Source: Candidatus Obscuribacterales bacterium (GTDB lineage: Bacteria; Cyanobacteriota; Vampirovibrionia; Obscuribacterales; Obscuribacteraceae). From it: 24,000 nucleotides of DNA. The stretch spans positions 85,063-109,062 of the forward strand of contig JAIETE010000004.1 of NCBI GenBank assembly GCA_019745505.1, given 5' to 3'. This document shows, one piece after another, positions 17,389 to 24,000 of this stretch. The notes beneath the pieces are model-generated. The model searched no databases, had not been told where the DNA came from, and saw only the letters and a list, made by a program, of their open reading frames with translations. Position 1 is the stretch's first letter. Each line of letters begins with the position of its first letter. The translations under genes were made by a program, and so were the position numbers.

Positions 17389-18048
17389 ATGCCGGCCAGC
17401 AGAAGCAAACAGTCTTTGCCGCAAGAATCGGAAACCGATTCCGAGCCCGACACTGGGCGCGAGTCGCTGCGACGAGCCAATCCAGGCAATCTTTTTGTGC
17501 TCACCGGACCTTCAGGAGTGGGCAAAAACACGATTATCGACCGTGTTCTGGCTGAAGCCGGCGGCATAGTCGAGTCTGTGTCCGTCACCACCCGAAAACA
17601 ACGTGAAAGCGAGCTCGATGGGGTGGACTATTTCTTCACCGACCGAGAAAGTTTCGAGAAGATGAAGAAGCAGAATCATTTTATCGAGAGCGCCGAATTT
17701 GCCGGCAACTACTACGGAACTCCCCGTAACTGGGTCGAGAACCGGATTATGGAAGGGCTGGATGTGGTGCTTGTCATTGAGGTGCAGGGCGCCAAACAAG
17801 TAAAGAAGCAGTTTCCTCAATCGATTCTGATCTTCCTGGCACCACCTTCCATGGATGAGCTTGAAAAGCGCCTGCGAACCAGGGCTACCGAGCCTGAAGA
17901 CGTGATAGCCATGCGTCTTGATAAGGCAGGTCAAGAATTGAAGGAACGCGATGTGTTCCACTATGAAGTTGTTAACGAGGATGTCGACCAAGCTGTCAAC
18001 AATGTGCTCTCGATCGTGTATGCTGAACGTTGTCGCATAAAACCTTAG
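17389..18048 (+). CDS. gmk: Guanylate kinase with a ~30-aa N-terminal extension
   Basis: 219-aa ORF with ATG at 17389. It has the P-loop LTGPSGVGKNT, then SVTTRKQRESELDGVDYFF and YYGT. Confidence 0.92.
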   Translation: MPASRSKQSLPQESETDSEPDTGRESLRRANPGNLFVLTGPSGVGKNTIIDRVLAEAGGIVESVSVTTRKQRESELDGVDYFFTDRESFEKMKKQNHFIESAEFAGNYYGTPRNWVENRIMEGLDVVLVIEVQGAKQVKKQFPQSILIFLAPPSMDELEKRLRTRATEPEDVIAMRLDKAGQELKERDVFHYEVVNEDVDQAVNNVLSIVYAERCRIKP

Positions 18049-18126
18049 CTGGCGCCCATAACCCGGTGCTCGTATAAGGGACCTAAAACCTTGGGTCAAA
18101 AACGGTAAAACACACACAGGGACCAG

Positions 18127-18339
18127 ATGAGCACAACCAGAATCCTTGACCAGTTGATGGATAAGCATGGCAATCGCTACGAGCTGGTGCTGAAAGTCGC
18201 TCAACGCGCCAAAGTCATCAAGACCGAAACGCGCGATCAGCACAAAGCCACCAATGCCGTAATTCAGGCGCTGCAGACAGTTGCAGCCGAAGATGACGGC
18301 ACGATCCTTATCTCTCCTGGCGGCTATCAAATCTATTGA
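18127..18339 (+). CDS. rpoZ: DNA-directed RNA polymerase omega subunit
   Basis: 70-aa ORF. The NRYELVLKVAQRAKVI motif is omega-like. It sits in the classic gmk-rpoZ order, and a terminator follows. Confidence 0.8.
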   Translation: MSTTRILDQLMDKHGNRYELVLKVAQRAKVIKTETRDQHKATNAVIQALQTVAAEDDGTILISPGGYQIY

Positions 18340-18405
18340 TCGACAACCGGCGACTGTCCGGTTTGCCTGTCTCTAGATGATTCGGCTATAAGAAATTGCA
18401 ATGAC

Positions 18406-18438
18406 GCACCGGCTTCAATCGGTGCTTTTGCGCTTTTT
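18406..18438 (+). terminator. Rho-independent terminator downstream of rpoZ
   Basis: The hairpin GCACCG-GCTTCAAT-CGGTGC is followed by TTTTGCGCTTTTT. Confidence 0.55.
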
Positions 18439-18589
18439 CGCCATTAATCTTGCTTCAGATTGTCTTCAGGGGGGATTTTCCCGTTGCCAATCAGACCGCC
18501 CGGTCCTAAGCTTCTTTCAAAAGGGAATCCAGGTCTTCCCTTTCGGCTCCCTACAAAGTCTTCGGACTTTTGAGACAAGCGATCACCCA

Positions 18590-18799
18590 ATGGATATCTG
18601 GGCAATCATCCTTCTTTTTGCGTTCATGGTCGGCATTATGGGCTGGGGCATGAACCTTTTCGTCAACGGAATCTTATGGTACTGCGACTGGCGCGAGGGT
18701 ACCGAGATCAACTGGGGAATGGAGACGTTTTTCACTCTTGCCATGCCCTTCACCTGGTTGTACACGATTTTTCTGATTGTCGTTCTCTACATTCGCTAA
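18590..18799 (+). CDS. Candidate 69-aa Trp-rich two-TM membrane protein, convergently overlapping the dusB 3' tail
   Basis: ATG at 18590. The sequence is MDIWAIILLFAFMVGIMGWGMNLFV...FFTLAMPFTWLYTIFLIVVLYIR, with two clear hydrophobic helices. A possible promoter is TTGCCA (18484)-17 nt-TAAGCT (18507). No convincing Shine-Dalgarno is present. I reject the upstream part of the track ORF (from 18401) because it spans the rpoZ terminator. Confidence 0.35.
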   Translation: MDIWAIILLFAFMVGIMGWGMNLFVNGILWYCDWREGTEINWGMETFFTLAMPFTWLYTIFLIVVLYIR

Positions 18800-19789
18800 G
18801 AATCGCTCTCTGCCTTCTTTACCACCGGTCAGCTCTGAGAGTTCAGCGAGAATATCGGCGGCGTCCTGCGCGCACGAGATCTGCGTGAGACGTGCTCTGA
18901 ATGGTGCTGCACCAGTGATGCCTTTGGTGTAATGAGTCATGTGGCGGCGTGATTCATTGGAGCCGATACGGGGACCTTTGTATCGTGTAAGCCAGACACA
19001 GTGCAGATAAGCGAGAATCAGGCGATCGACATCATCAGGCGGCGGCAGCAATTCACCTTCGTCAATCAGGTGGGTGATTCTGGGGATAAGCCAAGGATTG
19101 CCCAGTGTTCCTCGTGCGACAGCCACGCCGTCGCATCCTGTGATCTCCAATAGTCTCACTGCATCTTCAGGCTCGAATACATCTCCGTTTCCAAAAACCG
19201 GAATGCCGAGCGCTGCTTTCACTTTCGAGATGAAGCTCCAGTCGGCTTTCCCAGAGTAGAGCTGCTGTCTTGTTCGACCATGAACTGTCACCGCCGAAGC
19301 TCCCGCTCCTTCCACCATCTGTCCGAATTCGACAGCGTTGCGCGAGTTGTCGTCCCACCCCAAGCGGAACTTGACGGTTACCGGAATTTTGATTGCGCTC
19401 TTGACCGAAGAAATAATTTCGCGGGCAAGCTCGGGCTCGCGCATCAGGGCGCATCCGTCTTTACCTTTTGTAATCTTGGGTACCGGGCATCCCATATTGA
19501 TATCGACGAAATCGGCGCCCTTCTTTTCCGCCATTTGGGCGGCTGTCGCCATTACGTCGGGCTCATGCCCAAAGAGTTGAATGCCGATCGGGTGCTCTGT
19601 CGGCGAAAGATCCATAATTCGACATTCCGGACGGTTCATCAGCGCGCGGCTTGATACCATCTCGGTAGAAAGCAGGCAATTCGGGTCGACCTGCCGGACA
19701 ATGTCGCGAAAAACCAGGTCCGTGACCCCCGCCATCGGTGGTACGTACACGCGGCTTTTCAAAGTAATAGAGCCGATTTGAATAGGCAT
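18674..19789 (-). CDS. dusB: tRNA-dihydrouridine synthase (DusB-like) with a ~48-aa non-homologous C-terminal tail
   Basis: 371-aa ORF with ATG at 19789. Motifs present are PPMAGVTDLVFR, DINMGCP, HGRTR and GELLPPP, collinear with E. coli DusB as I recall it. Homology appears to end near ...AELSELTGG (about 18821). Confidence 0.9.
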   Translation of the reverse strand: MPIQIGSITLKSRVYVPPMAGVTDLVFRDIVRQVDPNCLLSTEMVSSRALMNRPECRIMDLSPTEHPIGIQLFGHEPDVMATAAQMAEKKGADFVDINMGCPVPKITKGKDGCALMREPELAREIISSVKSAIKIPVTVKFRLGWDDNSRNAVEFGQMVEGAGASAVTVHGRTRQQLYSGKADWSFISKVKAALGIPVFGNGDVFEPEDAVRLLEITGCDGVAVARGTLGNPWLIPRITHLIDEGELLPPPDDVDRLILAYLHCVWLTRYKGPRIGSNESRRHMTHYTKGITGAAPFRARLTQISCAQDAADILAELSELTGGKEGRERFLANVENDNQKNRVQPGEGHGKSEKRLHSPVDLGTLAPVAVP

Positions 19790-19819
19790 ATTGAGAGTTT
19801 ACAGGACACAACCGGTGTG

Positions 19820-21070
19820 ATGTCAAATAGTATCCGTGTAAACGAGTTGATACGGAAGCTCGAAGAAGCCTATTGCGTGGGCTTAATCGAGTCCATAGAG
19901 TCGATTGCGTGCGATGAAGAAGAGTTGCTGCGTTCGTTCGGTTCCCATGCCGAGGCGCAAAATCCGAGCGCTGCCAGTCAATTGCGCAGCAGTTTTCTGG
20001 TCGTGGCCCACTCCGGTAAGTATTTCTTGAAACGTGTCAGCGCCTGGATCGAAGAAGATCAATTAGCCTGCATCGAACACTTCATCAACTGGACCGCCCA
20101 GCAAAAACTCAATCTTTCTCCCGCCCTGATCAGCACCAGGACAGGCGAAACGCACATTCTTTTCGCCGGCAATCGCTATCAGTTGTTCGAATTTGTTCAA
20201 CTAGAAAAACGCCAGCTCTGGATGAACGCAAATCTCACGCAAGAAGATTGCTCTTTGGCAGCCCAATTGCTTATCAAGTTCAACGAGGCTGCCTGTCAGT
20301 ATCTCGAGTGTTCGAAAAGGGCTGAAGGTGGGAAAAGTTTTCCCCGTCCTCAAGATTGGAAAGCTAGTGCGATTCGCAATACGAAGGACAACTGGAATTT
20401 GCTGGTCGCTCGCGCCGCCGCCGCAGGCAGCAAGGCCTACCCGGCAATAGCGCGCCTTCTGACAGTAAGAAATCTTCTTGAAGAAAAACTGGATCACTCT
20501 TTGAGACTCGCTCTGGCCGCAGAAGATGCAATGGCGCAAGCAGGTCTGACCAGCCTGGTGCACGGAGATTTCCACCCCGGCAATATTCTCTTTTCGATCG
20601 ATGCTAACAATCGCAAGACCGCACAGCTCGTTGATTATGACCACATGCACCGAGAATTCTCCGCCTTTGATTTAGGCTATGCATTAATAATGTTTGCCTA
20701 CAGCCCTTGTGTTGGCGATGGACTGAATGGTCGAGCCTCCGGGACTGCAGATATAGACCACGGCAGGGCACAGGCTTTCATTCGAGGCGCGCTTCAAAGC
20801 CTCGCTGGCTCAGCTGGAGAAAGGAGAGCAACACAAGCGGTGCGTCCGGAACTGCTCCAGTCTTCGGCAGGCGAATTGATTGTTGCCTACATGACTGTTT
20901 CATGTTTCTTGATCGCCGACTGGGCGGAGGAAAGGCTTCGCAACGGTCCGCCGCCCTTCTCCGGCATCTACGACGGAATTATTTCCGACATGACCGATTT
21001 GCTGCTTGGGGACAGTCTCGAAAAGACCGGACTTTTCTACAATCGAGTCAGGAACGAAATCCTCAGTTGA
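19820..21070 (+). CDS. Aminoglycoside-phosphotransferase (APH/CotS/choline-kinase) fold kinase-like protein
   Basis: The ORF track starts at TTG 19778, which overlaps the dusB start. I prefer ATG at 19820. The catalytic loop is LVHGDFHPGNILF, followed by LVDYDHMH, as in the APH family. Confidence 0.72.
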   Translation: MSNSIRVNELIRKLEEAYCVGLIESIESIACDEEELLRSFGSHAEAQNPSAASQLRSSFLVVAHSGKYFLKRVSAWIEEDQLACIEHFINWTAQQKLNLSPALISTRTGETHILFAGNRYQLFEFVQLEKRQLWMNANLTQEDCSLAAQLLIKFNEAACQYLECSKRAEGGKSFPRPQDWKASAIRNTKDNWNLLVARAAAAGSKAYPAIARLLTVRNLLEEKLDHSLRLALAAEDAMAQAGLTSLVHGDFHPGNILFSIDANNRKTAQLVDYDHMHREFSAFDLGYALIMFAYSPCVGDGLNGRASGTADIDHGRAQAFIRGALQSLAGSAGERRATQAVRPELLQSSAGELIVAYMTVSCFLIADWAEERLRNGPPPFSGIYDGIISDMTDLLLGDSLEKTGLFYNRVRNEILS

Positions 21071-21116
21071 TGTATATTTGGCGAGATATTGAACCAATCT
21101 TTTCAATCAATTAGAA

Positions 21117-21788
21117 ATGGACAACCTAATGGAATTGAATCTTTCCGGTTTTAGAACAAAGACACGTTTGATCTGCGGTCTGTTTACCTTCGCCCTCTCG
21201 GCGTTTTTCCAATCAGCCAGTGCCGCTGACGTGATCATCAGCGGACGCATCACGGATCCGAATTCTCATCCTGTCAGTGGTGCCAAAGTCGTCGTTTTCG
21301 ACGACGAAGCGATTTGGTCCGCTTCTGATGTCTCGGATTCAAACGGGAAATTCTCGATCAAGCATGAGGAATGCAAATCGTGTTTCGTCGAAATCACCCC
21401 CCGTCAGAAAGGCGAGCTCGCAGCAGCCCTGATTGAAGACGTCAACGGCAAACTCAATCGTCGTTTTCTCATTCAGCTGCATCATGGCTTCTTGGTGCGA
21501 GGAAATGTCGTATCACGAAACGGCAAGCCTCTGAAAGACATCGTCGTCAAAATCTCGTCTGCGGACCCAAATGACGATTCTTCCGAGCGAATTCATGGCG
21601 GCGGTGCAGCCGTAACTGCAAAAAACGGAGATTATCAACTCTGTCTGACGCCAGGACATAAGCGCCTCACAATCATCAACGAAAAATATCCCACTCTTGT
21701 GAAACATTTTGTCCAAAAATTTCAAGTCACCTCTGACGGAGCCCTGGAGAATATTGTTCTTCCCGAAAGAGATCAAACCGGCCGGTGA
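21117..21788 (+). CDS. Secreted protein with two carboxypeptidase-regulatory-like (CarboxypepD_reg) beta-sandwich domains
   Basis: 223-aa ORF with a signal peptide (...LICGLFTFALSAFFQSASA/AD). Two units have the form ISGRITDPNSHPVSGAKVVVFD...SDSNGKFSI and VRGNVVSRNGKPLKDIVVKI...TAKNGDYQL. Confidence 0.7.
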   Translation: MDNLMELNLSGFRTKTRLICGLFTFALSAFFQSASAADVIISGRITDPNSHPVSGAKVVVFDDEAIWSASDVSDSNGKFSIKHEECKSCFVEITPRQKGELAAALIEDVNGKLNRRFLIQLHHGFLVRGNVVSRNGKPLKDIVVKISSADPNDDSSERIHGGGAAVTAKNGDYQLCLTPGHKRLTIINEKYPTLVKHFVQKFQVTSDGALENIVLPERDQTGR

Positions 21789-21832
21789 ATCCCTCCGTGC
21801 CAGCACATCGTCAGACAGAAAAAGGAACAAAA

Positions 21833-23293
21833 ATGCGTACAGCCTTCTTTGATTGCCCATTCGGAGCCGCTGGAGACATGCTGCTCGGTGCTATGGTCGA
21901 TGCCGGACTGAACCTGGAGGCCTGGAAGGAAGAGCTGGAAAAAATCAATTTACCCCCCGACAGTTTTTCAGTTCGTCCGGAAAAACTTTTGCGATGCGGC
22001 ATAAACTCAACCAAATTGCACGTGCTTTTGAAGGCACAAGAAGCAAATGAACACGACCATAAGCTCGAAAACAAGAGCTCGCACGAACACTCTCACGCAC
22101 ACGCGCACGAGCACGCGCACGAGCACGCACACGCGCACGAGCACACGCACGAGCACACGCACGAGCACGAGCACACGCACGAGCACGAGCACACGCACGA
22201 GCACGAACACTCGCACGATCACGATCACGAACACTCGCACGAACACCACGATCATGCGCATCGCGGACTGTCGGAAATCCTGCAGATCATAGAAAATTCT
22301 TCAATCAAACCAGGTGCCAAGAAATTGGCTGCTGAAATTTTTTCCCGCCTGGGAATCGCCGAGGCGAAAGTGCATGGCGTTACACCCGACCATGTTCATT
22401 TTCACGAAGTCGGCGCTGTTGATGCGATTGTGGATATTGTCGGATTCGCCATTGCCTACGACCTTATGGGAATTGAGCGCAGCATCGTCTCTCCCTTGCC
22501 CGTGGGCAGCGGCACCATCGCCAGTATGCATGGAGAGTTTCCCGTACCAGGTCCGGCAACACTGGAATTACTGCGCGAATCTCGTGCACCGCTGGCTCAA
22601 TCAAGTATCGACTACGAATGCTTGACCCCGACAGGAGCGGCTATCTTGACCACGATTGCCGAGCGCTTTGGTTCCAATCCCGATATGTCGGCAATAGATG
22701 CCATTGGATACGGCGCCGGTTCTTTAAACCCCTCTGGACATCCGAATGTTTGCCGTATTGTGATAGGCCAGTCGGTAAGCAATAATGTCCGCCGGAAAAG
22801 CTCCTCTTCCACACGCTATCGCAGCGAGTTGGTGGCAGTCGTCGAATGCAATTTCGACGACCTCTCACCTCAAGTCATCACTTACACCTCTGAAAAGTTG
22901 CTGAGCGAAGGCGCACTCGATGTGTTCGTTACGCCGTGCACCATGAAGAAAGGACGTTCTGGCCACATGCTTTCTGTCCTGTGTAGATTGGAAGATCAAT
23001 TGCGCGTCAAGGAAATCTTGTTGGCAGAAACATCAACTCTGGGAGTGCGAAGCAGCGTGACAGAACGCCTGATTGCCGAGCGTGAACTGAAGAATGTCGA
23101 TATCAGCACCAGCGATGCAGCCGCTCAATCCGTGCGTGTCAAAATCGGCAAAGACCTCGAGGGAAACATCATCAACGTTCAACCCGAGTTTGAGGATTGT
23201 GCATCCGTCGCTCGCTCCACCGGCACCCCCCTGAAAGACGTATTGCGTGTCGCTACAACCAAGGCTCGTAACGGGCGAGACGAAAATCCATGA
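21833..23293 (+). CDS. larC: LarC-family nickel insertion protein (DUF111; nickel-pincer cofactor biosynthesis) with a greatly expanded H-x repeat
   Basis: I chose ATG at 21833, which has AAGGA about 9 nt upstream. The track ORF starts at 21785. The N-terminus MRTAFFDCPFGAAGDMLLGAMVDAGL is LarC-typical. HFHEVGAVDAIVDIVG follows, and the C-terminal domain is present. Confidence 0.87.
   Translation: MRTAFFDCPFGAAGDMLLGAMVDAGLNLEAWKEELEKINLPPDSFSVRPEKLLRCGINSTKLHVLLKAQEANEHDHKLENKSSHEHSHAHAHEHAHEHAHAHEHTHEHTHEHEHTHEHEHTHEHEHSHDHDHEHSHEHHDHAHRGLSEILQIIENSSIKPGAKKLAAEIFSRLGIAEAKVHGVTPDHVHFHEVGAVDAIVDIVGFAIAYDLMGIERSIVSPLPVGSGTIASMHGEFPVPGPATLELLRESRAPLAQSSIDYECLTPTGAAILTTIAERFGSNPDMSAIDAIGYGAGSLNPSGHPNVCRIVIGQSVSNNVRRKSSSSTRYRSELVAVVECNFDDLSPQVITYTSEKLLSEGALDVFVTPCTMKKGRSGHMLSVLCRLEDQLRVKEILLAETSTLGVRSSVTERLIAERELKNVDISTSDAAAQSVRVKIGKDLEGNIINVQPEFEDCASVARSTGTPLKDVLRVATTKARNGRDENP
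22082..22261 (+). repeat. 60-codon hexanucleotide-period array (CAC-GAG/ACG/GCG units) encoding strict H-x alternation in larC
   Basis: The array encodes HEHSHAHAHEHAHEHAHAHEHTHEHTHEHEHTHEHEHTHEHEHSHDHDHEHSHEHHDHAH. The DNA shows nested 6-, 12- and 18-bp repeats (CACGAGCACGAGCACACG). Confidence 0.9.
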
Positions 23294-23303
23294 GGAATTA
23301 CGA

Positions 23304-23975
23304 GTGAAAGAGTACAAGTATCTGACAATTATCACGGTCTTGTACGTCACTCTTCAACTGGTTTCGGACGTCACTGCCGGCAAAATCATTCAGGTCTTGT
23401 GGTTCCCGGTCTCCATTACGGTCATCTACTTCCCGCTCACTTACATTTTTGCCGACGTACTTACCGAAGTGTATGGCTATGCCGTAGGGCGCCGTGTACT
23501 GTGGACGGTATTATTCTGCTCCGTGCTGGCAGCCGGTCTCTATCAATTCGTCGTGTTTCTTCCGCCCGCCCCCGGCTTCGATCGCAATGCCGGATACGTG
23601 CAGGTTTTTGGTCAGGTTCCTCGCGTCGTAATCGGCAGTTGGGTGGCGATATTTTTTGGTGAGATATTCAACAACTACGTGCTGGCCAAAATGAAAGTGT
23701 GGACCAATGGAAGACATCTTTGGGTGAGGCTTCTCACCTCGACTGTCTTCGGCCAATTGGTTAATACGGCATTGTTTTACTCGATTGCGCTCTTTGGTGT
23801 ATTGCCGACAAACCTTCTTGTCGAGTCGATCTTGTCCGGATGGATCATCAAGGTAATTGTGGAAACAGTATTGATTCCAGTCACTTATTTCATTGTCGGA
23901 CATCTGAAACGGATCGAGGGCGAGGACTACTTTGATAGACAGACGGACTTCAATCCCTTTGTGATCAATCACTGA
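23304..23975 (+). CDS. yhhQ: Queuosine-precursor transporter (YhhQ / DUF165, VUT family)
   Basis: I chose GTG at 23304, with GAGGA (23292-23296) 7 nt upstream. The track ORF starts at ATG 23247, inside larC. It is a multi-TM protein with YFPLTYIFADVLTEVYGY and FGQLVNTALFY blocks typical of YhhQ. Confidence 0.83.
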   Translation: MKEYKYLTIITVLYVTLQLVSDVTAGKIIQVLWFPVSITVIYFPLTYIFADVLTEVYGYAVGRRVLWTVLFCSVLAAGLYQFVVFLPPAPGFDRNAGYVQVFGQVPRVVIGSWVAIFFGEIFNNYVLAKMKVWTNGRHLWVRLLTSTVFGQLVNTALFYSIALFGVLPTNLLVESILSGWIIKVIVETVLIPVTYFIVGHLKRIEGEDYFDRQTDFNPFVINH

Positions 23976-24000
23976 AACAGCCACTGAAACAAAGTCTCAA

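Noticed and set aside
17512-18330. 272-aa track ORF on the minus strand opposite gmk and rpoZ
   Set aside because: It is entirely antisense to two genes with strong motif support (P-loop guanylate kinase and omega). Its sequence shows no recognisable motifs, and it spans the gmk-rpoZ intergenic gap.
18401-18589. Upstream 63 codons of track ORF 18401..18799
   Set aside because: The ATG at 18401 lies inside the rpoZ terminator hairpin and U-tract. Only the distal part, from ATG 18590, looks like a membrane protein.
19778-19819. TTG start at 19778 for the APH-like gene, overlapping the dusB start codon region
   Set aside because: This start would make the two divergent genes overlap at their 5' ends. 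I prefer the in-frame ATG at 19820. The resulting 30-bp divergent spacer is very short, so the true starts and promoters remain uncertain.
22007-22292. Track ORFs 22007..22261 (-, VRVLVLVR...) and 22047..22292 (+, TRTSTRTST...)
   Set aside because: Both are alternative-frame or antisense readings of the larC H-x hexamer array. They are monotonous low-complexity strings lying wholly inside a well-supported gene.

Overview
This looks like a bacterial chromosomal segment of about 50% GC (judged by eye). I support 21 protein-coding genes. I saw no rRNA, tRNA, CRISPR array, transposase or integrase. All coordinates were hand-counted and may be off by a few nt; CDS ranges include the stop codon.

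Genes at 49-11612 are all on the minus strand:
- an envelope pair: a secreted protein with an IMS/DUF4101-like domain, then a membrane-anchored M23 peptidase
- a tightly packed seven-gene string: phasin-like coiled-coil protein, ABC1/UbiB-family kinase, PP2C phosphatase, zinc-ribbon FHA protein, Hanks Ser/Thr kinase with an NHL propeller, Maf, and a divergent adenosylhomocysteinase-fold protein

The rest of the window is housekeeping or accessory: arginase, a small PepSY protein, lexA, the NFACT/RqcH homologue, gmk-rpoZ, dusB, an APH-fold kinase, a secreted CarboxypepD_reg protein, larC and yhhQ.

The most unusual property is the density of tandem repeats at several periods:
- (CAG)10 in the M23 gene
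- eight 45-bp units in the ABC1 kinase
- six 19-bp non-coding units upstream of arginase
- three 22-bp units and a hexanucleotide microsatellite in the arginase/PepSY intergenic region
- a Gly-Ser hexamer array in rqcH
- a 60-codon strict H-x array in larC

The best candidates for something undescribed are the ABC1K-PP2C-FHA-STK string with its Maf and SAHH-like tail, and the iteron-like 19-bp array. I found no recognisable defence or mobile system.

The gene content (ARC6-like IMS domain, ABC1 kinases, larC) weakly suggests a Cyanobacteriota-related lineage, possibly non-photosynthetic. That is inference only.
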